IMG/VR virus record: IMGVR_UViG_3300032236_000862
Coordinates: 36,329-100,328 of that record
Direction: 5' to 3' (one strand)
DNA length: 64,000 bases
Origin: a virus
Shown piece after piece: positions 37,464 to 48,153 of the stretch. The notes under the pieces were generated by a model. It had not been told where the DNA came from. It saw only the letters and a list, made by a program, of their open reading frames with translations, and searched no databases. The position numbers were made by a program, and so were the translations under genes. Position 1 is the first letter of the stretch. Each line of letters begins with the position of its first letter.

Positions 37464-38347
37464 CGTGTGCAGCCCTTTTCAATGTTTATACTACAAAGCG
37501 GTGGGCGGTCGTTGTTAGCAGCCCACGCTACATCTAGAGCCTTGTCAAAGATTTCCTTTGTAAACTCTGGATTGTAAGCTACAACAAATTCTTTGTACTC
37601 TTGGTTAGCCTTAAGCTCATAGATAAAGACAATCTCTTTGGGAGCAGAATCTAGCGACCCCTCCTCAACCATCAGATGGCAAAGGTGGAGGTAGACCTGA
37701 CCCTGAAGCTGGTGTGCACGGAAAGGAGTCTTGATGTTTTTCCAAGCAAGTTCTACGTTACCGTTAGCCTGCTCCATTACAGCAGGAGCTTCCATGCGTA
37801 TACCGCCAGAACCTAGGGACTTGATCTCAATTAAGCAATCATCGCCTAGACCTTTGATCCAGCCGTCAGCATGTCCACGCATCATGTGTTTATCACTGCG
37901 CAAGGATACTTCTCGATACTCAATAGTGCCCGGTGCGTAACCAACTAAATCTTTAGAGGTAGCCCATGTATAATCTTTGGTCTTAGTGTCGTACCACTTA
38001 CCATATAGAACGCCCATCTCTTTAAACCAGTTCTGCCACTTAGCGTGGATGGTGTGGCCCTCTGCAAAGATAGATGCAAGTCGGGCTGTAGGCTTATCTC
38101 GAGTCTCTACATAGTTACCCTTAAGTGCGTGGTACTGCGCAAGTGCACACCAATCATCTTTAATAATATCTGAAGGGTGGATGTAGCTCATGTCCCGATC
38201 ATCGAACGGGCGGGATAATACGTGGCGCTCTACAGCACCCATTAAACGAGTCTCACGCTTACTGGTTGCTAGAAATGCCTTTAGATCTTTACTGGCAATA
38301 GTCTTAGGTTTGCCCATACTTTCTGCCCTCTTTCTCCAACCACTCAT
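37436..38347 (-). CDS. Cas4-like exonuclease
   Basis: HPS...C, G..IH, GHADG, IEIKS, Q.Q.Y, terminal C..C..C. Confidence 0.85.
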   Translation of the reverse strand: MSGWRKRAESMGKPKTIASKDLKAFLATSKRETRLMGAVERHVLSRPFDDRDMSYIHPSDIIKDDWCALAQYHALKGNYVETRDKPTARLASIFAEGHTIHAKWQNWFKEMGVLYGKWYDTKTKDYTWATSKDLVGYAPGTIEYREVSLRSDKHMMRGHADGWIKGLGDDCLIEIKSLGSGGIRMEAPAVMEQANGNVELAWKNIKTPFRAHQLQGQVYLHLCHLMVEEGSLDSAPKEIVFIYELKANQEYKEFVVAYNPEFTKEIFDKALDVAWAANNDRPPLCSINIEKGCTRCAPFQEAK

Positions 38348-38642
38348 CTAGAGTGATCCCCTGTTTTTTGATCTTACGCTCTACAGCATTTCTTTCTCTA
38401 TGCGACATGCCGCCAAATATTCCGTGCTGCTCCGATACCAGTATAGCTTCCTTAAGACACTCTTGTCTAACTGGGCAAGGAGGGCGACCGTCCTTACCCC
38501 AACAAATAGCTTTAGCTTTATCTGCAATCGGTTTGTACAATGCTTTATCTCTTGGAGGAAAGAAGATCTCTGTGTCTTCTCCCTGACACTTGGCGTCATA
38601 CCGCCAAGTCCATGATGGGTCGTCTGAGTAACGCAATACCAC
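38304..38642 (-). CDS. whiB: WhiB-family transcription factor
   Basis: AKC, FFP, AKAIC...CPVRQEC, GIFGGMS..ER. Confidence 0.92.
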   Translation of the reverse strand: MVLRYSDDPSWTWRYDAKCQGEDTEIFFPPRDKALYKPIADKAKAICWGKDGRPPCPVRQECLKEAILVSEQHGIFGGMSHRERNAVERKIKKQGITLDEWLEKEGRKYGQT

Positions 38643-38645
38643 TTA

Positions 38646-38990
38646 TTAGTCCAATTCGTTGTGGCCCCCCACACCGCTATTGTACATGGCATTTGTTAAT
38701 TCATGAAAATGGTGCTCTTGGATAATCACATAGTCTTGGCCATCTAGGTGAAAGGCCAGCACCGGCTCCCTGCTGTCTAAGATAGCCTCTGTGGTTATCT
38801 TGTCCAGGATAGAGGACTGGATGCTAAAAGACTTCTTACTGGTCCACTTATGCTCGAACAGGTAGTGGTCATTTCTGACATCACCTTTACGAGACCAAAA
38901 GGATCCTGAACCAGCACTGCGCTGGCCACCCGTTAGGGCAGCCAGACGCTTCTCGTGCTTAAGGGACTGCTTCTGACCCTCACTCTTCAT
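38646..38990 (-). CDS. PD-(D/E)XK nuclease/resolvase
   Basis: HEKRLA...GSG...KGDV...FEHK. Confidence 0.75.
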   Translation of the reverse strand: MKSEGQKQSLKHEKRLAALTGGQRSAGSGSFWSRKGDVRNDHYLFEHKWTSKKSFSIQSSILDKITTEAILDSREPVLAFHLDGQDYVIIQEHHFHELTNAMYNSGVGGHNELD

Positions 38991-40041
38991 CAGGAGTCTC
39001 CATCATTAGGGCTGGGCTGTTCTTAAGGGTATCCATAACTGCAGCGCTAATCTCGGAACTGAGGTCTAACTCTTCACGAAGAGAGTCAATCAGAGCCTGT
39101 GCACCCTGCCACTTACGATCCTTATAATACATCCAGCCGCCACGACGTTCTACAATGCCATTCAAGATGGCTAGAGAGACAATCTCTTTACCGGTGTCAT
39201 AGCTACCGGCATCAATAGGTCCACCCTCTGAGAAGTAGAAGTCCAGGTAAGCAGTCTGCTGTGGGGGATAGGTCTTGTTCTTAATAGTACGGACACGAAT
39301 CGTTTGCCCCACACGACGCTTCTCTTGTCCGGTGCCTACCTCAAGCCAATCGTCACGCTTTACTTCGCAACGAACGCTGTAGGCGTAGTCTTTGCCAAGA
39401 CCTCCTGGTGTTGTACGAGGGTCGCCGTGCATGACGCCGATCTTCATACGGTACTGATTGATCATAATGCCCAGCACTGGACGTTCTGATTCGATAAGGT
39501 CACGCTTGGTAGCGGACGAAACTTTACGGAAGAACTTGTTGGTTATTAAAGCTCCTCGTCCCACAGTAAACTCTTCCATGTGCTTTTCATCTTCTGCACT
39601 AGGAACAAGAGCAGGAAGGCTGTCAATAACAACCATGTCAACCGCTTTGCTTTCCATGAATTGAATAACTGCGTCAAATGCATCCTCCATACTATTAGTC
39701 TCTACGATAATTACACGTTCTGTATCAACCCCGCAAAGCTCTGCGTACTCGGGATCAAAATCTTCTGCAGCAATCCACACGGCAGTGAACTCTGGGTTCT
39801 TAGCCTGGTTAGCTGCGATGGTGCGCAAGGCAATGGCAGTCTTTCCATGAGACGCTTCGCCTACAAGTTCTACCCAACGGTTCATAGGCCAACCCCCACC
39901 AAGAACTACGTCTAGGGTTAGAGATCCGGTAGGGATACGGTTAGGAAGATTGACCTCACTAGCACGGACAACCGTACCAGCACCAAGCTTCTTGTTAATG
40001 TTTGCAACTACCTTGAGTGCATCTGGACTGATTACTGCCAC
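38980..40041 (-). CDS. recA: RecA recombinase
   Basis: IPTGSLTLD..LGGG.P, GEASHGKT, VIDSL.ALVP, INQ.R.KIGV..GDP.TTPGG. Confidence 0.95.
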   Translation of the reverse strand: MAVISPDALKVVANINKKLGAGTVVRASEVNLPNRIPTGSLTLDVVLGGGWPMNRWVELVGEASHGKTAIALRTIAANQAKNPEFTAVWIAAEDFDPEYAELCGVDTERVIIVETNSMEDAFDAVIQFMESKAVDMVVIDSLPALVPSAEDEKHMEEFTVGRGALITNKFFRKVSSATKRDLIESERPVLGIMINQYRMKIGVMHGDPRTTPGGLGKDYAYSVRCEVKRDDWLEVGTGQEKRRVGQTIRVRTIKNKTYPPQQTAYLDFYFSEGGPIDAGSYDTGKEIVSLAILNGIVERRGGWMYYKDRKWQGAQALIDSLREELDLSSEISAAVMDTLKNSPALMMETPDEE

Positions 40042-40875
40042 TATCCGATCCTATCTACTATGACGTTTGGGTTAAAGCCACCTGATTGCCCGACTTGTTT
40101 AGCTGGGGTTGCAGCGCCTCCGCTACCTCCGCCAGGCATTCCTGCGCCGGAGCCTTGCTGCAACAATGGGTATCCACAGTCGTAGCATCGAGCACGACCA
40201 GTACCTTGAGGAGCAAAGTAGTTGCCTGAGAAACAGTTTGGACAACTATCGTTGTTGCGTGCGCTTACTGCTTTGGTTACTGTTTGGTCCCTGCTAGGAT
40301 CATAGGTAACCGGAGTGTTTACCGTGGTAGGTTGATATACGTTTCCAGGCAAAGGTCCGGTTGCGGGAGTGCTTGCAGGAGCAGACGCACCGCCACCTAA
40401 CTTGTTTGCCCACCAATTAGTTGACACTATGGATATCCCTTTCTTGTATGAGTTCTAGATTAAACAATGTTGATAGGCAGGACATGGTTGCAGATAGAGA
40501 CACTAGCCTGAACATCTTGGCTAAGGAGTCAATGTCATCGTCCGTATACTTCTCCTCTTTAGGGGAATCTTCTTCTTCAATTAGATAAGCTGCTATAGCT
40601 ATTTTTGAGCAGATATCTGCGTGGGAGTCTATAAAAGGTATGAGGTGAGCAAACCTCTCTAGACGCTCCTGGCTTGCCCGTTCTTCCATCTCGGATACTT
40701 CTTCTGAGATAGGCGGTAAGCCCATAACCTCTGCGATCTCTTCTGCAGGCATAAGCATAGTATCGTAGATAGTCTGCCTAATGAGTACCGGCAAAGGGAT
40801 GTGCTTATTGAGGGAGTCCTCAAAAACAACCATCCTTTTCTTTTTGCGCCCGAACATTACTTTGCCTCTCCCCAA
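40041..40875 (-). CDS. Two hypothetical genes (40041-40427 Zn finger; 40417-40875)
   Basis: CPNC...CYDC; ORF track. Confidence 0.7.
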
Positions 40876-42833
40876 CGCTGAACTGTCTTAACATCTGCGA
40901 TCATAGGGATCTGCAGAGCATTGATGCCTTCCATGGCCTCACGAATTGCTGCCTCAGTCTCTTCAACAAGATTGTCAGGAGTGACTGTAACAAGTTCATC
41001 ATGAATTGTTAAGATCAAACTTGACTCATCAGGGATAAGCTTATTAGCCCTAATCATTGCTAGCTTAATAAGATCTGCTGATGAACCTTGGATAACCGTG
41101 TTAAACGCCTGACGTTCTGCCCTAGAGCGTTCCCATTGTACATCTGATCTGAGTTCTGGCAGATAACGGCGACGGCCCATGTAGGTTAGCGCATACGGGA
41201 TAGGACTACGGTTACGGCTCTCCTTGATTACCTGCTTCTTATAACGAGCGATAGCAGGGAACTTATGAGAGAACTCATCAAGCAACCGTCGTGCCTCAGG
41301 AACCGTTACCCCAATAGAGGTAGCGATCTTGTCAGGTCCCACACCATACATCATGGCTAGAACCAAAGTTTTGGCAGCAGAGCGATCTACTCCAACTGTG
41401 CTGCCGATGGTGGTATAGATATCCACACCATCCATATATGCGCCACACAAGATCCTGTCTTTAGAGAAAGAAGCAAGGACACGTGGTTCAATCTGGGAAT
41501 AGTCAGCAACGACAAGCTTATAACCTTCTGGGGCAATAAACAAGTTGCGGATAGCTTTACCGTTTTTAGTACGTGGGTTAGGTACGTTCTGTAGGTTAGG
41601 GTTACGACTAGAGAAACGACCAGTCTCTGCACCATACTGAATGAAGTCGGTGTGGATGCGGTTCTTAATCATAATAGACTTCTTAGCCACAACCTTAGCT
41701 TTACCGCCGGTTGTGCGAGTAATGTCTCCGCCTAGATATGGAATTACATAAGTAGTAAGAAGCTTGTTAAGGTCTGAGTACTCTAGTAGTGCGTCTACCA
41801 AAGCGTCCTTGCCCTCAAACATCTTGATGGCAGGCTCTGATACAGAAAAGTCATTTACCGTAGGTTCGGTGCCGGCATCGGCCCTCTTCTGTCCTGCAGG
41901 TGTGAGAACCTTAGGACGTAGCCCCCGCCCACCATCAGCCTTCTTAGAGAACAAGATAGTCTGCTTCTCTGGAACGCTGTTGATGTTAAAGGCCTTGCCG
42001 GCAAACTTGTAGATCTTTGCCTTAGTGGTCTCTAACTGAACCTCTAAGTCAGCTTTCAATGTAGATAGGGAGTTGACGTCAATGTCTGCACCTCGAAGCT
42101 CCATGCGGCAGATAACCTCAAGAACATCCATCTCAAGCTTAAAGATACCGGCTAGCTTATCGGTGCCCAAGTCAGCGAGATACTTCTGGTAAAGCTTCCA
42201 AGTCCACTCTGCGTCTAACCCAGCATAGGTGGCAACCTCATCAAAGGAGTACGCCTCTACTTCTTTACCTACGCCCTTGACCATCTCGTAGCCAAGCTCA
42301 CGCTTCAAACAATCGGCTAGGCCAAGGTGTAGGCTGTTCCTTGTATTAAGAACAAAGGCAGCATTGAGTGTGCAGAAGTAAGGTTGAGCAGGAAGTTCTT
42401 TTACATACTTAGTTACGCTTTGTAGGTCAAACTTTAAGTTGTGGCCGATCTTGAGCTTATCGCCAGTAAACAATGGCTTGAGGGTCTTGAACACTTCTCC
42501 AGCAGTAAGTTGTTCTGGAGCCTCTGTAAAAATCTTAGTGGCCTTACGCTCATCCTTGCTGTAATCAGAAGGACGGATAGGCAAACCTTTTATAATGCGA
42601 TCTTGCGCAGAAGGGAGCAGCGGGAACTCAGTACGAACATAGTCGCCGTTAGGGTGGCCCATAGGAATAACGTCTACACGGCCTTCGGTTGCCATAGCAA
42701 TCCACGTAACAATATTTAGGCGTGGGTCACCTCGGTGATCGCCTACAGTTTCTACGTCAAATACAAAAGCGTCTTGCGCCATGTAGGCGTCAAGCACCTC
42801 GGCAAGTTGTTCTGTGGTGGTAACTATATTCAT
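40857..42833 (-). CDS. polA: Family A DNA polymerase with 3'-5' exonuclease
   Basis: FDVET, HNLKFD, YAGLDA, TGRFSS.NPNLQN, ADYSQIEPR, R..AK...L..MYG, IHDEL. Confidence 0.95.
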   Translation of the reverse strand: MNIVTTTEQLAEVLDAYMAQDAFVFDVETVGDHRGDPRLNIVTWIAMATEGRVDVIPMGHPNGDYVRTEFPLLPSAQDRIIKGLPIRPSDYSKDERKATKIFTEAPEQLTAGEVFKTLKPLFTGDKLKIGHNLKFDLQSVTKYVKELPAQPYFCTLNAAFVLNTRNSLHLGLADCLKRELGYEMVKGVGKEVEAYSFDEVATYAGLDAEWTWKLYQKYLADLGTDKLAGIFKLEMDVLEVICRMELRGADIDVNSLSTLKADLEVQLETTKAKIYKFAGKAFNINSVPEKQTILFSKKADGGRGLRPKVLTPAGQKRADAGTEPTVNDFSVSEPAIKMFEGKDALVDALLEYSDLNKLLTTYVIPYLGGDITRTTGGKAKVVAKKSIMIKNRIHTDFIQYGAETGRFSSRNPNLQNVPNPRTKNGKAIRNLFIAPEGYKLVVADYSQIEPRVLASFSKDRILCGAYMDGVDIYTTIGSTVGVDRSAAKTLVLAMMYGVGPDKIATSIGVTVPEARRLLDEFSHKFPAIARYKKQVIKESRNRSPIPYALTYMGRRRYLPELRSDVQWERSRAERQAFNTVIQGSSADLIKLAMIRANKLIPDESSLILTIHDELVTVTPDNLVEETEAAIREAMEGINALQIPMIADVKTVQRWGEAK

Positions 42834-42906
42834 TGCTCTCCCTAAGTTGAGTTAGGGGCCCGTAGAAAGGAGGTTAAAACCGGGCCCCCAACAGTAATGG
42901 ACTAGA

Positions 42907-43602
42907 TTAGTTGGCTGCGATTTCTCGAGCGATCTCTGCCAACTCAGCCTTTGTAGAGATGTGAAGAGCATCCCTGCCTAGAGGCTTCATTGTCTTGATC
43001 AACTCAGCGCAAGCGACTGGGTCTAGTTGCCATTCCTCAGCGAGGTCACGTTCCTTTACAGGAACGATTGAGTAAGCAGTCTTGGTACCTGTACCGGTCT
43101 TGCTTACTGCCCAATAGAGATCAGGACGGTTCAAGGGACCCGTCTTTGCATTAGAGGCGAGCTTCTCTAACTGACCACATAGGCGTACCCCTACGATCAT
43201 CATTTGGAGTTGTGGTTCTTCATCGGAGAGATTAAGAACTGTGAATGCAAACTTCTGGTCAGGCTTGCTTCCTACAGCAATAAGTGGGTCGCCCTCACCA
43301 ATGCTAATGAAGGACTTCTTGCCTGGACGATTGATCCAGTGTTGCATGAACACGTGTGGTTCATCAGAGATGAACTTAATAAGCTGAACATCCTCATCAA
43401 AACGGAAGTCAGTAGCGAAAGTCTTGGTTGTCTTTGCGGTAGCCTTCTTAGCGGCTGCCCAACCAGTTTGGATTACAGAAGATTGCTCAGGGGCTTCGTT
43501 CTCATCTTCTTCTGTAAAGAGTTCAACGAGTTCCTCCTCTGTAGGAGCTGCGTACTCGTTAACGTTTGGTACTGCGGTCTTGACTTTAAGTGAGCTGGTC
43601 AT
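42907..43602 (-). CDS. Putative ssDNA-binding protein
   Basis: F.QHW, SKTG.G.KTAY motif; position beside the polymerase. Confidence 0.6.
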   Translation of the reverse strand: MTSSLKVKTAVPNVNEYAAPTEEELVELFTEEDENEAPEQSSVIQTGWAAAKKATAKTTKTFATDFRFDEDVQLIKFISDEPHVFMQHWINRPGKKSFISIGEGDPLIAVGSKPDQKFAFTVLNLSDEEPQLQMMIVGVRLCGQLEKLASNAKTGPLNRPDLYWAVSKTGTGTKTAYSIVPVKERDLAEEWQLDPVACAELIKTMKPLGRDALHISTKAELAEIAREIAAN

Positions 43603-43662
43603 GTTGACCCTTTCGGTAGTTGGCTGATATCTGGGACTCTGTCGAGTCCGTACGATAGGTGG

Positions 43663-44130
43663 TTACTCGGTTTCTTGACTATGAATAAGCGTCCATGATT
43701 CCATCAATTCAATTGATAGATCTGGATGCTTATTCCAGTCAACTCTGGGGGCACCGATGAGGCCCCGGTCTTGGAAACTTTTGATAGCAGATTCAATCAT
43801 AGCTTTGGAATACATACGCCATCCTGGCTTCTTTACTCCATCTACAATCATAGACTTGAGACGATAGGGTGCACGTGGTATATAACCCTTGCGTTCCCAA
43901 AGTCTTACGGTCACTATCGGTCTTCCCAATGCTTGGCACAATGACCCAACACTGTAAAGTTCTACCGTCTTTCCATTCGGTAGATTTTTAACCTGTGGAC
44001 TTGCATCCCAGGAATCTAAATTAACTGGCTTCTTAGGAGCTACATCTGGATCTAAGGCACGACGTTTCCTCTTTGAACCAGGATAGTACTCATCCAGGTC
44101 CTCAAAGAACTTATCTACCTTGTCTTCCAT
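43663..44130 (-). CDS. MerR-like HTH DNA-binding protein
   Basis: YSVGSLCQALGR..VTVRLWERKGYIP...RMYS. Confidence 0.8.
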   Translation of the reverse strand: MEDKVDKFFEDLDEYYPGSKRKRRALDPDVAPKKPVNLDSWDASPQVKNLPNGKTVELYSVGSLCQALGRPIVTVRLWERKGYIPRAPYRLKSMIVDGVKKPGWRMYSKAMIESAIKSFQDRGLIGAPRVDWNKHPDLSIELMESWTLIHSQETE

Positions 44131-44131
44131 A

Positions 44132-44563
44132 TCAACCCTTTGCTAAGAACACATATGATACGCTTTTAGGAAACATAGCGTCAATTTCTTCTTCTGTGAT
44201 AAGACCCTCGTATAAGCAAGCCATAACTTCTGCCTCGTCTAATACCGGAACCATCTGGTAACAACGGTCGTATAGACCCTTTTCTTTTAACATAGGTTCA
44301 GCAACACTGGAGTCTAATCTTTGCGATACCTTGCGCTGACGCTGTAATGAATTGATGCCCTCTACTTCTTCAGGCAACCGGTACCAAATATGGCCCTTCT
44401 CATCTGGCTCACCCTCAGTATCCACTAACTCTATAAGATCCTTCTTCAAAGAATCACGCTCAGCAGACAGGTCATCTACTTGGTTTTTAAGAGTAATGTA
44501 CGTACGTATTTTGCCCATGATTCCTGGGTCTTTTGGATCGTCTTTCTTTATAACCTTTGGCAT
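44132..44563 (-). CDS. Hypothetical coiled-coil phage protein
   Basis: 143-aa ORF. Confidence 0.75.
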   Translation of the reverse strand: MPKVIKKDDPKDPGIMGKIRTYITLKNQVDDLSAERDSLKKDLIELVDTEGEPDEKGHIWYRLPEEVEGINSLQRQRKVSQRLDSSVAEPMLKEKGLYDRCYQMVPVLDEAEVMACLYEGLITEEEIDAMFPKSVSYVFLAKG

Positions 44564-44592
44564 GTCTTACCCCCTGGTTATAGGATACCCGA

Positions 44593-44754
44593 TTACTCTA
44601 GGGATTGCAAATCAGTATCAATATAGGCTCTAAGAGCCTCTACAATCACATCTGTGACGGTACGGCTATCCTCGGCTGCTTTAATTTTGACAGCAGACCA
44701 GAGCTCATCTGATACCCGGATGGTGCGGGTTGGGGTCTTAGGTGCGTTTGGCAT
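44593..44754 (-). CDS. Ribbon-helix-helix DNA-binding protein (53 aa)
   Basis: Manual translation TPTRTIRVSDELWSAVKIKAAEDSRTVTDVIVEALRAY; leaderless TAGACT. Confidence 0.85.
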   Translation of the reverse strand: MPNAPKTPTRTIRVSDELWSAVKIKAAEDSRTVTDVIVEALRAYIDTDLQSLE

Positions 44755-44763
44755 AGGATAAGT

Positions 44764-46299
44764 CTAGACCGAAACGTTCTCTAAAAAAGCCCTAAGTGTG
44801 CCAACAGTTAGGTTGACACCACCGGCTTCGTTGATACCCTCACCATCAATGATTGCGTTAGCAACAGAGGTCTTTTGTACTAGCATCTCGTGCTGCCTTT
44901 CCTCGATAGAGCCTTCCATAAGAAAGTCTTGGATTACTATAGAAGGCCACGTACTAGAAGCACGACGAATTCTTCCATTGCGTTGGATCGCAAGGCCCGC
45001 ATTCCACGGGAGGTCGTAATTAATAAGTAGGTTAGCCTGAGGAAGATCCACCCCATAGCCACCGGCATCACTAGAAACAAGAATACGACAATCTGGATCG
45101 GTTTGAAACCTAACCTTAGAAGCCTCTTTAGTTTTTGCATCCATCTCTCCTGTATATCCCGCCGAAGCGTATTCTATATTCTCTCTGATTAAAGAAACCA
45201 TATGTACATAGCTAGTAAAGATAACAACCTTATTGCGCTCGTCTTGATCCAGGAAGTTGTCTACATACTCTTTGAGTGTCTCGAGCTTAACAGACCTTGA
45301 GATCTTATCAAGCTTGCCTGACTCCTCTAACTCTCCTACGTATTTTGAGGTAGCACGGGACTTAAGAACTAGCTCTGGGTGGTCGCACAGCATACGAAGA
45401 GCCGTAAGCTTTGACATAACCTTTCCCTTTAGGGCATCCATTATAGGGTTTGTACTTTCTCCTGAATAATGGCTAAACAAATCAAAGGATGAACCAAAAG
45501 AGTCCACAGCCTCATCTAGATCTTGCAGCAGTTCTCTAGCAATATGCTTGTAAAGCTTTGCCCCAGCACTATCAAACTCTACAAGAATAGGCTCTGCAAA
45601 AATAGTATCCGGTAGATATGGTGCTACGTCTGGATCTTGCTGGCGCTTGCGTACTGACGCTTCCTTCATCTTGGTACTTAACGTAGATAGGTTGCGGTAG
45701 CTTTGTACGCCCCCAAAATGGTTACGAACAATGAATGTCTTATCAAATAAGTCGAAACGACCTAGGACTTTTTTGTCTACAAACTCCATAATGCTGTAGA
45801 GTTCTTCCGGCTTTCCGTTTTCAATAGGCGTACCTGTCAAGGCAAAACGGATAGGGCTTTCAAGCTTCTTTACGTATTTGGATCGTTTTGATCTGAAAGA
45901 TTTAATTGCTGTGGCTTCATCGCATACGATAAATCCCTTTGGGAGCCCGTTAACTCCATTATCCCAGTCGTTAACAATTTGCTCATAGTTGAGGATGATA
46001 TGCGTGTACTCTCCTGAAAGGGCATCGGCGTATTGAAGCTCCCGTTGTTTCTTCGTTCCATCAATGACCAAAGGACTTGCAGTGCCATTAGTGAATTTCC
46101 TAATCTGCTCTGCCCACTGATACTTCAGTGAGGATAGACAAATTATGATACCAGGTTCTGTTGGTGCAAGTTCCTCAAGTGCAGCAATTGTTAGAACAGT
46201 CTTACCTAAACCAAGATCGTAAGCTACAAGCATTTTTTTGCGTGCAACCATAGCCTCTACGGCTTCTACTTGGTAAGGTAAGAGTGTTCCTGTAAACAT
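44764..46299 (-). CDS. SNF2-family helicase
   Basis: LLPYQ, DLGLGKT, CDEA, LTGTP.EN, G.G.DL, WN...QR.GRI.R. Confidence 0.92.
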   Translation of the reverse strand: MFTGTLLPYQVEAVEAMVARKKMLVAYDLGLGKTVLTIAALEELAPTEPGIIICLSSLKYQWAEQIRKFTNGTASPLVIDGTKKQRELQYADALSGEYTHIILNYEQIVNDWDNGVNGLPKGFIVCDEATAIKSFRSKRSKYVKKLESPIRFALTGTPIENGKPEELYSIMEFVDKKVLGRFDLFDKTFIVRNHFGGVQSYRNLSTLSTKMKEASVRKRQQDPDVAPYLPDTIFAEPILVEFDSAGAKLYKHIARELLQDLDEAVDSFGSSFDLFSHYSGESTNPIMDALKGKVMSKLTALRMLCDHPELVLKSRATSKYVGELEESGKLDKISRSVKLETLKEYVDNFLDQDERNKVVIFTSYVHMVSLIRENIEYASAGYTGEMDAKTKEASKVRFQTDPDCRILVSSDAGGYGVDLPQANLLINYDLPWNAGLAIQRNGRIRRASSTWPSIVIQDFLMEGSIEERQHEMLVQKTSVANAIIDGEGINEAGGVNLTVGTLRAFLENVSV

Positions 46300-46508
46300 T
46301 AACTATCTCGTCTCCAATGTAGATAAGAACGTATGTATGTTGCGGTGTAAGCTAGCGATGCAAATATAAACCCGTACTGGTGTGAGGTAATAGCATAGAT
46401 CATCCATAGCGATTCGTTAAAGCATAGTACAAACCAACCCCAAATGCTTTTACGACCAACAAAGTAAATGCCGGTTACTCCGATAACAGCTAGTACCCAA
46501 GACCACAT
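46299..46508 (-). CDS. PnuC-like small membrane protein
   Basis: G....G.K..WGW......LW..Y....QYG...Y..W. Confidence 0.6.
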   Translation of the reverse strand: MWSWVLAVIGVTGIYFVGRKSIWGWFVLCFNESLWMIYAITSHQYGFIFASLAYTATYIRSYLHWRRDS

Positions 46509-47047
46509 CAGACGTACTGCATCAATCTAGTCTTGACTGCAAACTCTAAGTCCTCGATTGTGGAGTTGTTGTGAAGGTATGCGTCAAAGTCCCAGTTATC
46601 CATATCGTGTTCTGATACGTGAGAGTTAACTGCCTCAACACCGGTGCGCTCTACACGCCAAATCTGCCCGCCATTGGCCCGTATCATGTCAGCTTCATTA
46701 AAGAATCTAACGTCTGTAATAACATATTTAAGGTCTAGTCTAGGTTCATCTAGCATAGACTTCATTGCTTGATGTACCCAAAACCCTTCACCAAATACCT
46801 TGCGAGCACCAACCCCAAGCTCTTGAAGCAACCTGCGAACTTCCGGAGTTTGTTTGGAAACCTCCCAACCATACTCATCAACCAAATCAGATAAACGTGA
46901 GTTGCCTGAAATAAGTGGGTTGAGCGTATACAGCAATGTTCTAATTGGATCCGCAAAGGCGACCCTTGTAAACCCATGGTTTTCTACTAGATACTTAGCC
47001 ACGGTATCTTTACCTGACCGTGCGTAACCTGATAGACCAATAATCAT
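46508..47047 (-). CDS. Deoxynucleoside monophosphate kinase
   Basis: GLSGYARSGKDT, FADP, R.LLQ.LG, ITDVRF.NE, H.SE. Confidence 0.92.
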   Translation of the reverse strand: MIIGLSGYARSGKDTVAKYLVENHGFTRVAFADPIRTLLYTLNPLISGNSRLSDLVDEYGWEVSKQTPEVRRLLQELGVGARKVFGEGFWVHQAMKSMLDEPRLDLKYVITDVRFFNEADMIRANGGQIWRVERTGVEAVNSHVSEHDMDNWDFDAYLHNNSTIEDLEFAVKTRLMQYV

Positions 47048-47183
47048 TCTTCCCCCTTTGTTGCTCTACGCTTCATGCAGCACGTGCAGTAGCTGTATGT
47101 ATATCCTGTAAATGGGCATTGGGTTCCAGAACCCTCAATATAAGAGTGCCCCCATATATAACACTCAAGCTTATCTAACAACT

Positions 47184-48152
47184 TCACGCAAAAGCCGCCT
47201 CTCCAAATACAGAATGCTTAGCAGTCTGTAGTCCCAGTATAACCGATTCCACCCCCATATCGCCAATATCCTTGGCTTCGGTGGTATAGCTAAAGAACTT
47301 GCACTCAAGCCCGTTCTCTCGGATCTTGGCAAGCATCTCTTTAGAAGCTTTAAGACCGGCAGCATCTACTTTTGGATTGTCAAAGGCAACAACTAAGCTG
47401 TCGGCTGAACGCATGAGATCTAACTGATCTTTGCTGAAGGAAGCTCCGTAGGTTGCGACACCTCCGGTGATTCCCAATGACAAGAGCTTTACGCAATCAA
47501 GTGGAGACTCCACTATGATCATAGGGCCGTTGGAGTAGTTACCAAAACCAAACAAAGTCTGAGACTTCTTAACTCCAGTTGGTCGGTTGCGGAACAACCT
47601 ACTCTTCTGCCCTTTCTCCTGCCAACCCATGAGCTTATTACTAAATGGCTCACGGATGGGCAGGATCCAGGATTCGGCATTAGTATCCCAAAGGACTCCG
47701 TAAGAGTTTGCGGCCTCTAGGGACAATCCTCGGGCTTCTAATGCCCATTCAGGAGGAGATGTAAAGACTGCGAGCCTAGCTTCGGACATCTCAATAACCC
47801 TTTGGATAGGGATATAAGAGTTCTTAGATTCTTCAAGCTGCTTTACAAGCAGGTCAAAGTTAACCTCGATATTCTGACGCAACCAATCTTTGGCGGCATC
47901 AAAGTCCAAGCGTCCAAACTCTGTCTCAAACTCGTTAACCTCGGCTACAAGGGTAAACAAGTTACCTTTGTATCCGCAAGAGAAACAGTGGTGTACACCG
48001 GTCTCAACGTTAACTGACCATGATGGATTTGAATCTGGACGTCCTGTGCGCTCTAAGTGCATAGGACATAGACCCAAAAGCTCATCTCCCCGCTGGGTAG
48101 TCTCAATACCCATGCGGAGTAAAGCACTCTCTACATCGCCCTCACGATACAT
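47184..48152 (-). CDS. DNA primase (CHC2 zinc finger plus TOPRIM)
   Basis: CPMH...HCFSC, VESPLD, FDN..D.AG, KDIGD. Confidence 0.92.
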   Translation of the reverse strand: MYREGDVESALLRMGIETTQRGDELLGLCPMHLERTGRPDSNPSWSVNVETGVHHCFSCGYKGNLFTLVAEVNEFETEFGRLDFDAAKDWLRQNIEVNFDLLVKQLEESKNSYIPIQRVIEMSEARLAVFTSPPEWALEARGLSLEAANSYGVLWDTNAESWILPIREPFSNKLMGWQEKGQKSRLFRNRPTGVKKSQTLFGFGNYSNGPMIIVESPLDCVKLLSLGITGGVATYGASFSKDQLDLMRSADSLVVAFDNPKVDAAGLKASKEMLAKIRENGLECKFFSYTTEAKDIGDMGVESVILGLQTAKHSVFGEAAFA

Positions 48153-48153
48153 A

